Source: Candidatus Bathyarchaeia archaeon (GTDB lineage: Archaea > Thermoproteota > Bathyarchaeia > Bathyarchaeales > Bathycorpusculaceae). From it: a stretch of DNA of 64,000 bases. The DNA lies in contig JBEKSS010000010.1 of the NCBI GenBank assembly GCA_049516875.1, positions 1-64,000 of the forward strand, read 5' to 3'. Under the pieces are notes generated by a model that was not told where the DNA came from, did no database searches, and saw only the letters and a program-made list of their open reading frames with translations. Below, piece after piece: positions 1-10,494 of the stretch; within the stretch, counting starts at the first letter, position 1; the number at the start of each line of letters is the position of its first letter. The position numbers and the translations under genes are program-made.

Positions 1-972
1 AAAACAACAACAGGATATATAGACTTGCTAAACAAAGCGGTTGAACGTGAAATTGCTGTTTCACTCCAGTATATACTTCAACATGCAAAAATGGAAAAGC
101 TCGTGCGCAGAACAATCCCTGAAAACATCCTTCTGGACAAAACCACCTATGACGCCGTTGGAAAATTCCTAAGAGAAATTGCCATCCAAGAAATGAAACA
201 TGCCGCAAGCATAATAGCGCGTATATACTATCTTGGAGGGAAAGCAACCACTAAATCCGGCAAACCTAGCATTGGCGACAGCATAAGCGAATTTGCCAAA
301 CTAGGCGTAAAAGCTGAAGAAGAAGCGTTAACGCTTTACCGCCAAATCATCGAGACTTCCGGGAAAATGGGCGATTGGGAAACACGCGAACTCTTCGAGA
401 AAATCTACGGTGAAGAAGAAGGACACTTATTCAAATTCCAAGAATACACCAAATTCCAAAACGAGAAAGAAGAGCCAAGCAAAGTGCCTTTGCCTAAATG
501 GCGCAAAATATACACAGACGATTACTTTGCCCTCTTAAACAAGGCTGTTGCAGCGGAAATCACCGGAATAGTCCAATACACAAATCAACATGAAAAGGCG
601 GTTTTTCTTGAACTTCGAATGAAGAACACACCGCTAGAAACCATAACTGAAACCAACAAAGCCAACGTAGTAAGCAAGATACTGAAAGAAATCTTCATGC
701 AAGAAATGGATCACTTAGAAAAAATCAGCGAAAGAATCTATTTGCTTGAAGGCGAAGCAACAACCAATCCAGATCCGCTTCCAGTTGTCGGCAACACAGC
801 TATGGATTTCCTAACATTGGATCATGCATTGGAAAGTAGCGCAATATCACTGTACCGCCAAATCATCGCTGAAGCACTCAAATGCGGCGACACAACAACA
901 AGACGCATGTTCGAAGACATAATAATTCAAGAAGAAGATCACTTCTGGACATTCGATGACTTCGTTAGATAA
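1..972 (+). CDS. Tandem two-domain ferritin-like (bacterioferritin-like) protein, probably 5'-truncated by the window edge
   Basis: Two repeats with di-iron motifs (QEMKH/EEEGH; QEMDH/EEDH). The frame is open from base 1, upstream of the TTG at 25. Confidence 0.85.
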   Translation, partial: KTTTGYIDLLNKAVEREIAVSLQYILQHAKMEKLVRRTIPENILLDKTTYDAVGKFLREIAIQEMKHAASIIARIYYLGGKATTKSGKPSIGDSISEFAKLGVKAEEEALTLYRQIIETSGKMGDWETRELFEKIYGEEEGHLFKFQEYTKFQNEKEEPSKVPLPKWRKIYTDDYFALLNKAVAAEITGIVQYTNQHEKAVFLELRMKNTPLETITETNKANVVSKILKEIFMQEMDHLEKISERIYLLEGEATTNPDPLPVVGNTAMDFLTLDHALESSAISLYRQIIAEALKCGDTTTRRMFEDIIIQEEDHFWTFDDFVR

Positions 973-1541
973 AACCAATAATTCTTTTTTTTATATCGAA
1001 AATTCTAGGCGCGCGCTACCCTGAGAGACTGCCCCCAAAGGAGTTTGCCGGCATACGAGAAGAGCTCGTAGGTTGGTTGGAGTACATCGCGCGCGCTAAA
1101 ACGTTCAAGGACTCCCTAAAATCTCCATCTAGCGCCCATGCGTGTTTTCAAATTCGGTTTCTAGCTGTAATACAGTGCGCACACATGTTTGGGATTTCGC
1201 CCTTAGGCAGGCTTGTGCATTCGCTAGGTGTGTGATGACGACCCCTCCCCCCGGTCAATGATATGAGCCAAATATGATTTGAGCGCGCAGGTCATTCATA
1301 GATCCATTCAACACGTGTGCTGAGCTTGGATTTGCAGAGCTCGCGCGCGCTTATGAAGGATTAGAAAACAAAGCGTAGCAACAAACCAGTCCATCTGCGA
1401 AGAAGTCAACCCGTAAACCTTGTCTTTTCAAATCAAAAACCCAACGTCGTGTTGTGCATAAGCTAATTAGAAAAAAGACGGAAGCCAACATTAGACTTAT
1501 AACGGCTGAGCCTCGTAATTGAAAACAAGGTGGATTGCAAG

Positions 1542-2045
1542 ATGGAAAAAACAGTTGAGAACTTGAAAAATGCTTTTGCAGGCGAGTCGCAAGCAAATCG
1601 GCGTTACTTGGCTTTTGCTCAGAAGGCTGAGGAGGAAGGTTTTTCTCAGGTTGCAAAGTTGTTCAGGGCAACCGCAGAGGCTGAGACTGTTCACGCGTTG
1701 AATCACATCAGGATAAAGGGAGAAGTGAAAGCCACAGCTGAAAACTTGGATGCTGCCGTCACCGGAGAGACTTTTGAATACAAGAAAATGTACCCGGAAT
1801 ACGTGAAAACGGCCAAGAAGGAAAAAAACACGCAGGCAACTTGGAGCTTCAACGTGGCCAATCAAGTTGAGCAGGCGCACGCTAACTTGTTCACAAAGGC
1901 TGTCAAGGCCTTGAAAACGGGTAAAGAACTGCCTAAAGTCGACTATTACGTTTGCAGCGTTTGCGGAAATACCGTGGAAAACGAAGCGCCCGAAAGATGC
2001 CCAATCTGCGGAAACCCGAAATCAAAGTTCTTCAGAGTGGCCTGA
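1542..2045 (+). CDS. rbr: Rubrerythrin
   Basis: AFAGESQANRRY, ETVHA, and a C-terminal CSVCG...CPICG rubredoxin-like site. ATG at 1542. Confidence 0.95.
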   Translation: MEKTVENLKNAFAGESQANRRYLAFAQKAEEEGFSQVAKLFRATAEAETVHALNHIRIKGEVKATAENLDAAVTGETFEYKKMYPEYVKTAKKEKNTQATWSFNVANQVEQAHANLFTKAVKALKTGKELPKVDYYVCSVCGNTVENEAPERCPICGNPKSKFFRVA

Positions 2046-2083
2046 GCACGCGGGATGCCAACCCTTTTTTTGTCTGTCTGTAT

Positions 2084-2791
2084 TTAGTAGCCAGCGAAAT
2101 TCTCTTTTCTAAGGTTCTTTGCAGGAACATCAAGAGCTTTGAGCAGGTTTTCCATGGCCTGGACCATGGCAGGAGGACCGCACACGTAGAACACTGTTTC
2201 AGGGTATTCTGGAATTTCTTTCTTGATCATTTCAGCATCGATGTTACCTGTGTGCCCTTCCCACTTTGCCTCCGGCTCAGCTAGGGTAAGCACTACCTTG
2301 AGGCTGTTGTTCTGCCTCTGCATCTGCTCAAGCTCCTGCCTGAAAACGATGTCTGCCTCAGTTCTATTCCCGTAGAGCAAGGTGACTTTCGTGTTCAGTT
2401 TCATCTCCGTGCAGAATTTGCATATGCTTCTCAGCGGAGTGATGCCGACTCCCCCCGAAAATAGGCCGATTCTTTCATGTTCTCCTTCAAACGTGAAGTT
2501 GCCGTAAGGTGCGTCGATTGTTACTGCATCGCCCACTTTCAACGTTTCCAATCCGTTGGAGAAAGGGTGTCCGGTGAGCTTCTTCGTGAATTCGATGTAG
2601 TCCTTCTCAGTCGGGCTACTTGAGATGCTGAAAGGCTTACGCGTCTCCTGGCCGCCTATTTTGAGGGTGACAATCATGTACTGCCCAGCTTTGTAGTTCA
2701 ATGAACTCGCCCTCGGAAATCGAAAACTCTTTACGTTATAGGTTCTTGGGATAATGTCTGCAACCTTCGTTTCAAACTTCAAATTGGCCAT
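2084..2791 (-). CDS. FAD/NAD(P)-binding ferredoxin reductase-like oxidoreductase
   Basis: KPFSISSSP, GGVGITP and YVCGPPAM motifs. Likely start MANLK at 2791. Confidence 0.9.
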   Translation of the reverse strand: MANLKFETKVADIIPRTYNVKSFRFPRASSLNYKAGQYMIVTLKIGGQETRKPFSISSSPTEKDYIEFTKKLTGHPFSNGLETLKVGDAVTIDAPYGNFTFEGEHERIGLFSGGVGITPLRSICKFCTEMKLNTKVTLLYGNRTEADIVFRQELEQMQRQNNSLKVVLTLAEPEAKWEGHTGNIDAEMIKKEIPEYPETVFYVCGPPAMVQAMENLLKALDVPAKNLRKENFAGY

Positions 2792-2925
2792 GCCTCCAGC
2801 AAAGATTGATAGGCGTCGGATTGGTCTAGTCGACAATTCTTTAAATAGATTTCTAACTGCCCATCTTACGTGCAAGCGGGCCCTAGAAGAGGCGCTGATG
2901 CTCGCGGCTTCAGAGAAAAAAACTT

Positions 2926-5046
2926 TCATGACTGCTTCGTGTCTATTAGCTCTAGGATTTTGTTTGGATCAGTGGTTGGAGGGTTGCATACATGGTTGCA
3001 GCAGACGTACGCTGTGGCCTTTCCCTCTTCACTTCGGAGGCCCCCAGCGAATGCTTCTGGGTACGGCATTCCTTGGGTCTGACCCTGAGGCGATTGGAGA
3101 AGCACTACTTTTCTTGGTGCAAACCTGCTTCGGAGAGTCTCCAGCATGCGTTTTGTGCCAGCATCATCTGAACCGCCGACAATAACCACTTCGCAAGAGG
3201 GGCCGATTGCGAAGTCAAGCGCGATCATCAGCTGAGTGCAGGCAGAGGGGGCCCTCGAAACTGTACTGAAGAATGAATTCATCAGTTGTGCAGCCTTTTG
3301 CTCGTATCGGATCTCTCCAGTCATGTGTGCAAGGCGAATGAGGTTCAGAGCTGCAACCGAGTTGCCTGAGGGCAGAGCGCTGTCAAATATTTCCTTGTTT
3401 CTGACGACAGTAGCATCGGCATCATCGGCTGTGAAATAGAAGCCTCCTTGCTGTTCATCCCAAAAGTGTTCAATCATACTTTCGGTGAGCTCGACTGCAC
3501 GCTGCAAGTATGCCGTGTCAAAGACTGTTTCGTATAGTTCCACCAGTCCCCAGACAAAGAATGCATAATCGCTCAAGAAACCAGTCACCTTGGCCTCTCC
3601 ATCACGGTAACGATGGAAAAGCCGGTTCTGGGAGTCACGCATGTCCCTGAGTATGAAGTCTGAGGCTTTTTTCGCCGCGTTCGCGTATTCGGGCTCATCG
3701 AAGACCTGTGCTGCTTTCGACAGAGCCGCTATCATCAGCCCGTTCCAGTCTGCCAAGATTGTATCATCCTTGCTGGGGCGAACACGTTTCTGGCGCACAT
3801 CAAAAAGCCTCTGTCGGATTCGGTCTAGACGTTTCTGAACGTCCTGCAGAGAAGTGTTCAGGTCTGAGGCAATCTGCGTCGGCGACTTCTCAAGATGGAG
3901 TATGTTCTTTCCCGTTTTCTTACCTGTGATGGTCTCTTCGAAGTTGCCGTCCTTCTCAACGTTAAAAATCTCTGTCGCGAAATCTGCTTCATCTGTGGGT
4001 AACAGTTGCCTGATTTCTTCTTCGGTCCACATGTAGAATTTCCCTTCCTCTCCTTCGCTGTCGGCGTCCTCTGCCGAATAGAATCCGCCTGCCGAGTCGG
4101 TCATGTCTCGCAAGACGTAAGCGATTATTTCACGGCCGGTTTGTCCGAATTCCTCATTTCCAGTGGCTTGATACGCTTCTGTGTAAGCCATTGTCAGCAT
4201 GGCTTGGTCGTAAAGCATCTTTTCAAAGTGCGGTACAAGCCATCCTGCGTCCGTGGAGTACCTGTGAAAACCGAACCCTAACTGATCGTATATTCCCCCC
4301 AGCCGCATTGCTCTCAGGGTTTTCTCAACCATTTGAAGAGCTTTTCTGTCAGAGGTTCGCGTCCAGTAACGAAGCAGAAAGGTGAGATTGTGAGGGGAAG
4401 GAAATTTCGGCGCGTTTCCAAAACCGCCGTTGCTGCCATCGAAGCTTTCCGAAAGCCGAGAGTACGCCTCGTCCATCGTTGAGGCTCCAAGCTCTTCAGC
4501 AACGGACGCTCGGTGTGACCCCGTTTCGGTTTCCTCAAGAAGTTCGGTGACATTCAAAGCTGACTCAATCAGCTCGTCTTTGTGTGATGCCCAGAGGCTT
4601 TTGACCCTCGGGATGAGCTCTTTCATGCCGACTTGTCCAAACCTGCTTTCCTTCGGTATGTAAGTTGCCGCGAAGAACGGCTTCTTGTCAGGCGTCATGA
4701 TTATATGAAGCGGCCATCCGCCACTGCCAGTCAATGACTGACAGACTTTCATGTAAACACTGTCCAAGTCCGGTCTCTCTTCGCGATCAACCTTAATGCA
4801 CACAAACGCATCGTTCAGCAGCTTGGCCACTTCAGCATCCTCAAACGACTCTTTCTCCATCACGTGGCACCAGTGACAAGTTGAGTAACCGATGGAAACG
4901 AAAACAGGCTTGTTTTCGTTCTCCGCTCTTCTGAAAGCTTCAGGCCCCCAAGGATACCAGTCCACAGGATTGTGAGCGTGTTGCAGCAAGTAAGGACTCT
5001 TCTCGAATATCAGCCTGTTACGTTTCCGATAGGACATGGGCTGCAC
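2926..5046 (-). CDS. YyaL/SSP411-like thioredoxin-domain protein
   Basis: [42 protein letters not shown]. Confidence 0.93.
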   Translation of the reverse strand: MQPMSYRKRNRLIFEKSPYLLQHAHNPVDWYPWGPEAFRRAENENKPVFVSIGYSTCHWCHVMEKESFEDAEVAKLLNDAFVCIKVDREERPDLDSVYMKVCQSLTGSGGWPLHIIMTPDKKPFFAATYIPKESRFGQVGMKELIPRVKSLWASHKDELIESALNVTELLEETETGSHRASVAEELGASTMDEAYSRLSESFDGSNGGFGNAPKFPSPHNLTFLLRYWTRTSDRKALQMVEKTLRAMRLGGIYDQLGFGFHRYSTDAGWLVPHFEKMLYDQAMLTMAYTEAYQATGNEEFGQTGREIIAYVLRDMTDSAGGFYSAEDADSEGEEGKFYMWTEEEIRQLLPTDEADFATEIFNVEKDGNFEETITGKKTGKNILHLEKSPTQIASDLNTSLQDVQKRLDRIRQRLFDVRQKRVRPSKDDTILADWNGLMIAALSKAAQVFDEPEYANAAKKASDFILRDMRDSQNRLFHRYRDGEAKVTGFLSDYAFFVWGLVELYETVFDTAYLQRAVELTESMIEHFWDEQQGGFYFTADDADATVVRNKEIFDSALPSGNSVAALNLIRLAHMTGEIRYEQKAAQLMNSFFSTVSRAPSACTQLMIALDFAIGPSCEVVIVGGSDDAGTKRMLETLRSRFAPRKVVLLQSPQGQTQGMPYPEAFAGGLRSEEGKATAYVCCNHVCNPPTTDPNKILELIDTKQS

Positions 5047-5249
5047 TCTCTAGTCAACCATGCCTACTCTTTCTTGGAGAAGAACTTAAACTTGGCTTTG
5101 TGGAAAACTGAATCAAGGTTGGCCAGGCGCAGAGCTTTCGGATTCAGAAGCATCAAATCCCTTCAACCGTGCCCAAAACAGAGTAATGACTTGCCCTCAG
5201 ACTTCATGGGTGCGCTATTTTTATTAGTGCAAAGAGCAGGTTATAGTGT

Positions 5250-5648
5250 ATGTATACTGGCTACGTTTTCCTTTGTGCATCAGAATCGCTGAAGGATTGT
5301 CTAAAACACAAGCTTTTCACTTGCTCAGGCGAGAACGTTCAGATTGTACGGGAAATGGAAGTAGGTTCCATCGTTTTTCTTCTAAACATGGATTCAAACA
5401 CGCTCGTTGGACCATTCACGGCAACAGGTTCAGCCAGAACTGGGCTGGAGCCAGGAGGCTGGAGAGAAGTTACTGACACGCAGAACAAGGCCAGCATCAG
5501 GGTTGAGCGGGAAGAATTGCATGAGATGAAAGATGCTCAGGACAAGTTTCCTTTCTTGAAGGACATAAACACATGCAAGCTCTCTCACTTCCAAACCCAA
5601 GACCTGTTGAACGCACTCAAAGAAGCCCCACTGTTCAGCACAAAATAA
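5250..5648 (+). CDS. Small protein resembling a DCD (development and cell death)/EVE-like domain
   Basis: GYVFLC..S..DCL...LF...GSIVFLLN....L.GPF.A pattern recalled as similar to DCD domains. Confidence 0.55.
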   Translation: MYTGYVFLCASESLKDCLKHKLFTCSGENVQIVREMEVGSIVFLLNMDSNTLVGPFTATGSARTGLEPGGWREVTDTQNKASIRVEREELHEMKDAQDKFPFLKDINTCKLSHFQTQDLLNALKEAPLFSTK

Positions 5649-5799
5649 AGCTCAGCCCGCAAGCAAAAATGAAATCGCACGGCGCATTTGAAGACGTTGC
5701 CTTACCGCAGTCAACTTCAAAACAGTAGTGAACGCTGAGCACGTCCACGCAGATTACGACAGAGTAAAAACTTGTGTGCGCACTTAATGCTTGTTGAAA

Positions 5800-6285
5800 C
5801 TAGTCTTTGCTAATCTCTTTTATTATTCGCAAGGCTTCTTCGATGTGCTTCGTCGGATTCAGCTGCGAAGAAAACACCTGCCTGGCGATTCCCTTCTTAT
5901 CGATGACGTATGTTACTCTCCCCGCAACAAGTCCGAACGCTGAAGATGCACCGTAAAGCTTCCTGACTTTACTGTCTTCGTCGCTCAGGAGAATGAAAGG
6001 GAGCACGTTGGCTGAGGCGAATCTCTTGTGTGAATCCACAGATTGCGAACTCACCCCTACCACCTCCGCGCCCGCTTCCTTGAACACCTCGTAGCTGTCC
6101 CTGAAAGCACAAGCTTCAGCGGTGCACCCAAGCGAAAAATCTCTGGGATAGAAGTACAACACGATGATCTTCTTGCCAACGAGATCTTTCAGGCTGACCA
6201 TCTCACCGGACTGGTTTGGAAGCGTAAAGTCCGGAGCAGTGTCTCCAACCTTGACTCTGCCTTGAACGGATTCTTCGGAGCCCAT
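5800..6285 (-). CDS. bcp: Peroxiredoxin, BCP/PrxQ type
   Basis: LYFYPRDFSLGCTAEACAFRD motif. Confidence 0.93.
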   Translation of the reverse strand: MGSEESVQGRVKVGDTAPDFTLPNQSGEMVSLKDLVGKKIIVLYFYPRDFSLGCTAEACAFRDSYEVFKEAGAEVVGVSSQSVDSHKRFASANVLPFILLSDEDSKVRKLYGASSAFGLVAGRVTYVIDKKGIARQVFSSQLNPTKHIEEALRIIKEISKD

Positions 6286-6651
6286 ATCCTCATCAACCCT
6301 CTTGTCGAAGAGACGCCCTCAACTCTGATTCGCACAATGCAGCTTGTCAGACATAAGCGTTGCGACTGTTGATACACACCAAGCGCGGGCCAACTTAAAG
6401 CAAGCCGCAGACACCTGTCTCAAAGATTAATTTCCCAAGCCAAGCAAGAAAACGTGGAGCGCACGGAATGAACGGAGTTCTCAAGATGCTCCTATGAAAA
6501 CTCGTGGATAGTTCTTGCATTCTTGACCAAGGCCAAATGGTTAGTCAACAGTTGTAGACAAGGTGGTCAAGAAAGTAGGAATAAAGTGCAGTCTCTCCTC
6601 AATTATGTTGTAGCACGCGCTTCGTCTTCAGTCTGGTCTTCGAGTTTGGGG

Positions 6652-7704
6652 ATGAGTATGAATAGAATGGCGCAAGCCTTCAAAATCGCCAGTAGTCTGG
6701 TGAGGTACAAGGTAGGATCTCCAAGACCCTTTTTTGTCAGTTATCAAATAACTCTTCGATGTAACCGAAGATGTGTATTCTGCAGTGCATGGAAGCTGAA
6801 GACTTTCAGAGAATTAGACACAAGACAAGCAAAGAAAGTCGTCGGTGAACTCGGGGATTCCGGCGTCAATGCCCTAGGCATAACCGGTGGCGAACCGTTG
6901 ATTAGAAGAGACTTAGAAGAAATAGCCGCGTACGCTAGACGCAAAGGACTTATCGTCGGAGTCAACACAAACGGTACGCTACTGACTCCAAAAAGGGCGA
7001 AATCCATATCAGGAGTGTTTGACACGGTTTTCGTTTCTCTGGATGGGTTTGAAAAAACGCACGATGCGATTCGAGGAGAAGAAGGAACGTTCAGAGAAGC
7101 TCTGGCTGGACTGAAGAACCTTATTGCCGTGAAGCACGATTGCACCGTCGGCGTGAACTTCGTTTTGAACAACATGAACTACAAAGAATTCATTCCATTC
7201 TGCAACTGGATTAAGAGCCTACGTGTGCTCGTCACGTTTTTCCCCGTCGCCGGAGAAGACAACTTTATCACAGACTACTCTATTCCCTGCAGCGAGGTTG
7301 ATGAGTTCGTCTGTAATGTTCTTAAAGAAAAGGCAACCAACTCCTTCCTTGGACCTTCAGAAAAAGTCATTGAACTCATTCCCAAATTCGTTAAGGGCAA
7401 AATGCCGCATATTTGCGATGCGGGACGCCTGTACCTGGGTGTGTCTCCCACTGGCGAACTTCGCGTATGCCCGATTGGACCAAATTCTCCTGACTGGCAA
7501 ATCGGTTCACTTGTGACCTCTCCGCTGACAGAACTTATGGGTACAGGTCGTTTCCGTCAAGTTCGGGAAGCAAGAAAACACTGCACGCCCTGCCTTGCCG
7601 GTTGCACGACACCTTATTCACTATTGTTCAGGGGCTCTGCCAAAGACTTGGCTGAAGAAGCACTCAATTATTACAAGGTCTTTCGTCACACTATCGAGAA
7701 TTAG
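6652..7704 (+). CDS. Radical SAM protein with SPASM/twitch-type C-terminus
   Basis: CNRRCVFC, TGGEP, VSLDG, and C-terminal CDAG..CP..CTPC...C. Start uncertain. Confidence 0.88.
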   Translation: MSMNRMAQAFKIASSLVRYKVGSPRPFFVSYQITLRCNRRCVFCSAWKLKTFRELDTRQAKKVVGELGDSGVNALGITGGEPLIRRDLEEIAAYARRKGLIVGVNTNGTLLTPKRAKSISGVFDTVFVSLDGFEKTHDAIRGEEGTFREALAGLKNLIAVKHDCTVGVNFVLNNMNYKEFIPFCNWIKSLRVLVTFFPVAGEDNFITDYSIPCSEVDEFVCNVLKEKATNSFLGPSEKVIELIPKFVKGKMPHICDAGRLYLGVSPTGELRVCPIGPNSPDWQIGSLVTSPLTELMGTGRFRQVREARKHCTPCLAGCTTPYSLLFRGSAKDLAEEALNYYKVFRHTIEN

Positions 7705-7736
7705 AGAGCCTGTTCTTTGTCCCTCCAACCAAAGAA

Positions 7737-8231
7737 TCACAGAGCGCTCCCGACATCTTTTCTCAGAATGTAAGAGTTGATTCTTGCCTTTTTCTTTGTG
7801 AAACCGTACTTTCGGTACAGTTTAAGTGCAGGGGTGTTTACCTTGTTGACTGAGAGTTCGAGAATGCTCTTGTCGAGTTGCCTTGCCAAAGCAGCGGCAT
7901 GGTCCAACAAGTAGGTGGCGACACCTATCCTTCGGTAGAATGGAGAAATAGCCACGTTGCTGATGTAAAGTACTCGTGTTCTTTCTTCGAGCGCAAACAC
8001 TCCGACTATTTGCTGCTTAACAGTGACAAAGTACCTTCTCTGCCTGAAGAAATAGACTTCCGAGAACACGATATAAGGAATAACTGTGAACACAAACAGC
8101 GGATTGCTTTCAATCGAGAAACCTTCTCTATAGTCTCTTTTTCTGAAATAGAGAAAATTGAGCAAATTGAAAAGGAAATGTTGACGCCACGTCACAGGTT
8201 TAAGTTGAAAATATCGTTGGACAGTCAACAT
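7737..8231 (-). CDS. GNAT acetyltransferase
   Basis: YRRIGVA acetyl-CoA motif and N..A..LYRKYGF. Confidence 0.8.
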   Translation of the reverse strand: MLTVQRYFQLKPVTWRQHFLFNLLNFLYFRKRDYREGFSIESNPLFVFTVIPYIVFSEVYFFRQRRYFVTVKQQIVGVFALEERTRVLYISNVAISPFYRRIGVATYLLDHAAALARQLDKSILELSVNKVNTPALKLYRKYGFTKKKARINSYILRKDVGSAL

Positions 8232-8603
8232 TGCAACCTCATTTTTGGTTCTGGCTAAATGATGATGGCTTTTTTAATATATAACGCGCGCCTGGAACTC
8301 CTAATAGCTACCGCTAAGCCACAGACAACTACAAGTAATCGCTTGGCTGAATGTTCATCTTCTAGCAATTCTTGAACGTGTGTGCGCACCTGCCCTCCCC
8401 CGGGTTCAGTATATGAATCAAATATGATCAAAATATGCTCTAGGAAAAAGCCAAACACCTCAATGAACCTGCCTTCATGAATGAGTGCTTGCTTTAACCC
8501 TACAAACATTATGATTGATGGTTGTTGCACAGTTAGCGCTCGTTGATGAAGCTAAGGTTCAGAAAGCGCAATAAACGAAGGAAGATTGTGCCAAGAACAT
8601 AAT

Positions 8604-8726
8604 TGGTGGGGTCGCTGGGATTTGAACCCAGGATCGCCAACGCCCCAGGCTGGTATACTAAACCACTCAAGGTAACGGTAGACCAGTATACTATACTGTC
8701 GCCGTCACTAGCTATACGACGACCCC
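8604..8726 (-). tRNA. tRNA-Pro(GGG) with encoded CCA and a 44-nt D-loop insert (8666-8709), probably an intron
   Basis: Minus strand reads GGGGTCGTCGTATAGCT-[44 nt]-TGGTTTAGTATACCAGCCTGGGGCGTTGGCGATCCTGGGTTCAAATCCCAGCGACCCCACCA. A complete cloverleaf forms once the insert is removed, and the insert folds into a hairpin. Confidence 0.9.
8647..8665 (+). repeat. Left att core
   Basis: Identical to 15005-15023; lies in the tRNA D/anticodon arm. Confidence 0.88.
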
Positions 8727-9610
8727 AACCAGAAACACGATACCAAGAACAAATAGATAAAACAATCGCCAAAGCCACAATCGAAGGAAAAGCAAAAAAC
8801 ACAATCAAATCCTTCAAACACAGGCTAAGAGAACTAAGCAGATTCGCAGACCTGATGAACCCCGAAGACGTAAAACAAGCAATAGGATACTCAAAACTCT
8901 CAAACTCTAGCAAATGCTCATTCGCACTAGCTTATGAATGGTTCACCAGAGCCAACGGGCTACAATGGGAAAAACCACGCTTCAAATGGAACTTACCCAC
9001 TCCAATTATGCCAACCACCGACCAAGTAAACAAAATAATCTCAGCCACAACGCTAAGATTCGCTACCATATTCAAACTAATGGCAGAAATCGGAGTAGGA
9101 GGCGAAGAACTACACCAGACACACCGCAACCAATTCGAGACAACGCAAGGAATCATAAGCATAAAAGGACTCAAAGGACACGGTTCAGCCAACTACAAAC
9201 TCAAAAGTCAAACAGCCGAAATGCTACGAGAATACCTAGCCAAAAACCCACAAGACTACCCATTCCCAAGACCATATATAATGTCAACAATGTGGCGACG
9301 AGCGCGAGAAACAGCCTCAAAGAACCACAACGACCCAAGCCTCAAAACAATACCCATGAAGAACCTCAGAAACTACTCTGGTGCGCAATTTTACTACAAA
9401 TTCCCCGACCCAATCGGAGTAATGCGACACCTAAGACACAAAAGACTAGAAACAACCATGCACTACCTAAGAGCAATCGTACTCAACGGAGAAGAAGAAT
9501 ACACAGTCAAAACGGCAACCAACATCAAAGAAGCCACCGAACTCCTAGAACACGGATTCACATACGTACAGGAAATCGACGGCATCAAACTATACAGAAA
9601 ACGCAAATAA
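8648..9610 (+). CDS. int: Tyrosine recombinase, C-terminal fragment (IntC)
   Basis: KGLKGH, KNLRNY, LRHKRLETTMHY and a C-terminal KTATNIKEATELLEHGF tail. The frame runs antisense through the tRNA and has no convincing start of its own. Confidence 0.88.
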   Translation, partial: GWYTKPLKVTVDQYTILSPSLAIRRPQPETRYQEQIDKTIAKATIEGKAKNTIKSFKHRLRELSRFADLMNPEDVKQAIGYSKLSNSSKCSFALAYEWFTRANGLQWEKPRFKWNLPTPIMPTTDQVNKIISATTLRFATIFKLMAEIGVGGEELHQTHRNQFETTQGIISIKGLKGHGSANYKLKSQTAEMLREYLAKNPQDYPFPRPYIMSTMWRRARETASKNHNDPSLKTIPMKNLRNYSGAQFYYKFPDPIGVMRHLRHKRLETTMHYLRAIVLNGEEEYTVKTATNIKEATELLEHGFTYVQEIDGIKLYRKRK

Positions 9611-9651
9611 CCCCTCTTTTTCTTTTAACTCTTCATCGACCAATCTTCCAA

Positions 9652-10350
9652 ATGGAGTATTACATTATGGATTGGAGCGATTTCGATGAGAATTACACAC
9701 AGCTGAAAAATGTTTTGAGAGACCTCATAGGGAACTCTGAGAATGTAGACGAACACAACATTTACGAAGGTTACCTTGGCTATAGAGATGAAGTGAAAAT
9801 CATTGTTGAGAGAATTGAGGAAGAAACTCAAGTACACATGAAGATGTTCAGAGAAGTCTCAGGAATGATAGAAAAAGAAGAAGAACCAAACGGTTTGTTG
9901 GATGCTTTTCTTAATTATCATTCATTAATACGATTAGATGTAAAGTCGTTTTTCATTTTCACACGGATATTCATTGATACACTCGCAAGAATAGTAAAAT
10001 TACGCTTTGGTGAAAAAGGGAAAAATCTACCTTGGAGAATGAGAAAGCTATTGAAAAACGAAGAATTCTTGGCTCTTGACCCAGACTTTGCCGAAGAATT
10101 CAAAAGCAAAATGTCATGGATGACTGATTTCATAGAGACTCGTGATGAAATCGAACACTATCTCGGAAATCCACGATGGTACACCGTTACAGGAGATGGT
10201 AAGTTCGGATTTATCATTCAAGGCTCCAGCGACCGAAATACTCCATTTTTGGGAATAAACAAAGTGGATTCTATAGCTGACTTCATGGAAAAGATTCTGT
10301 CCAACTTGTCAGAAGTAATCCTGTTCATTCGTTGCAGATTTCCTTCATAG
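9652..10350 (+). CDS. Putative HEPN-domain protein
   Basis: Helical protein with RxxxxH motif (TRDEIEHY). ATG at 9652 or 9667. Confidence 0.6.
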   Translation: MEYYIMDWSDFDENYTQLKNVLRDLIGNSENVDEHNIYEGYLGYRDEVKIIVERIEEETQVHMKMFREVSGMIEKEEEPNGLLDAFLNYHSLIRLDVKSFFIFTRIFIDTLARIVKLRFGEKGKNLPWRMRKLLKNEEFLALDPDFAEEFKSKMSWMTDFIETRDEIEHYLGNPRWYTVTGDGKFGFIIQGSSDRNTPFLGINKVDSIADFMEKILSNLSEVILFIRCRFPS

Positions 10351-10447
10351 TCTTCTTTTTGCCGCGCACCAGCCAGAATTATGCTAACTTGTAGCGCGCG
10401 CTTAAAAAAAAGAAAAAAAATACCCGATATTGACTTTTGGGTTAGAC

Positions 10448-10456
10448 TTTTATATA
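10448..10456 (+). promoter_or_regulatory. TATA box for the 10495-11875 operon
   Basis: TTTTATATA about 40 nt before the ATG at 10495. Confidence 0.5.
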
Positions 10457-10494
10457 CAAACCCTCAAATTACTCCAACCAATAAGGGATTCTCA

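Noticed and set aside
6652-8231. Radical SAM and GNAT as tailoring enzymes for the PTMK peptide
   Set aside because: About 19 kb away, separated by an integrated element, and no RRE domain; no evidence of linkage.
8603-8647. TTG start of the 335-aa integrase ORF
   Set aside because: This is the antisense of the tRNA 3' half; the RBS-led N-terminus is at 14904.
8938-9651. N-terminal half of the 470-aa ORF overlapping the integrase
   Set aside because: Stop-free only because the integrase strand is A/C-rich and T-poor. The composition is non-protein-like, and the real gene starts at 9652 or 9667.
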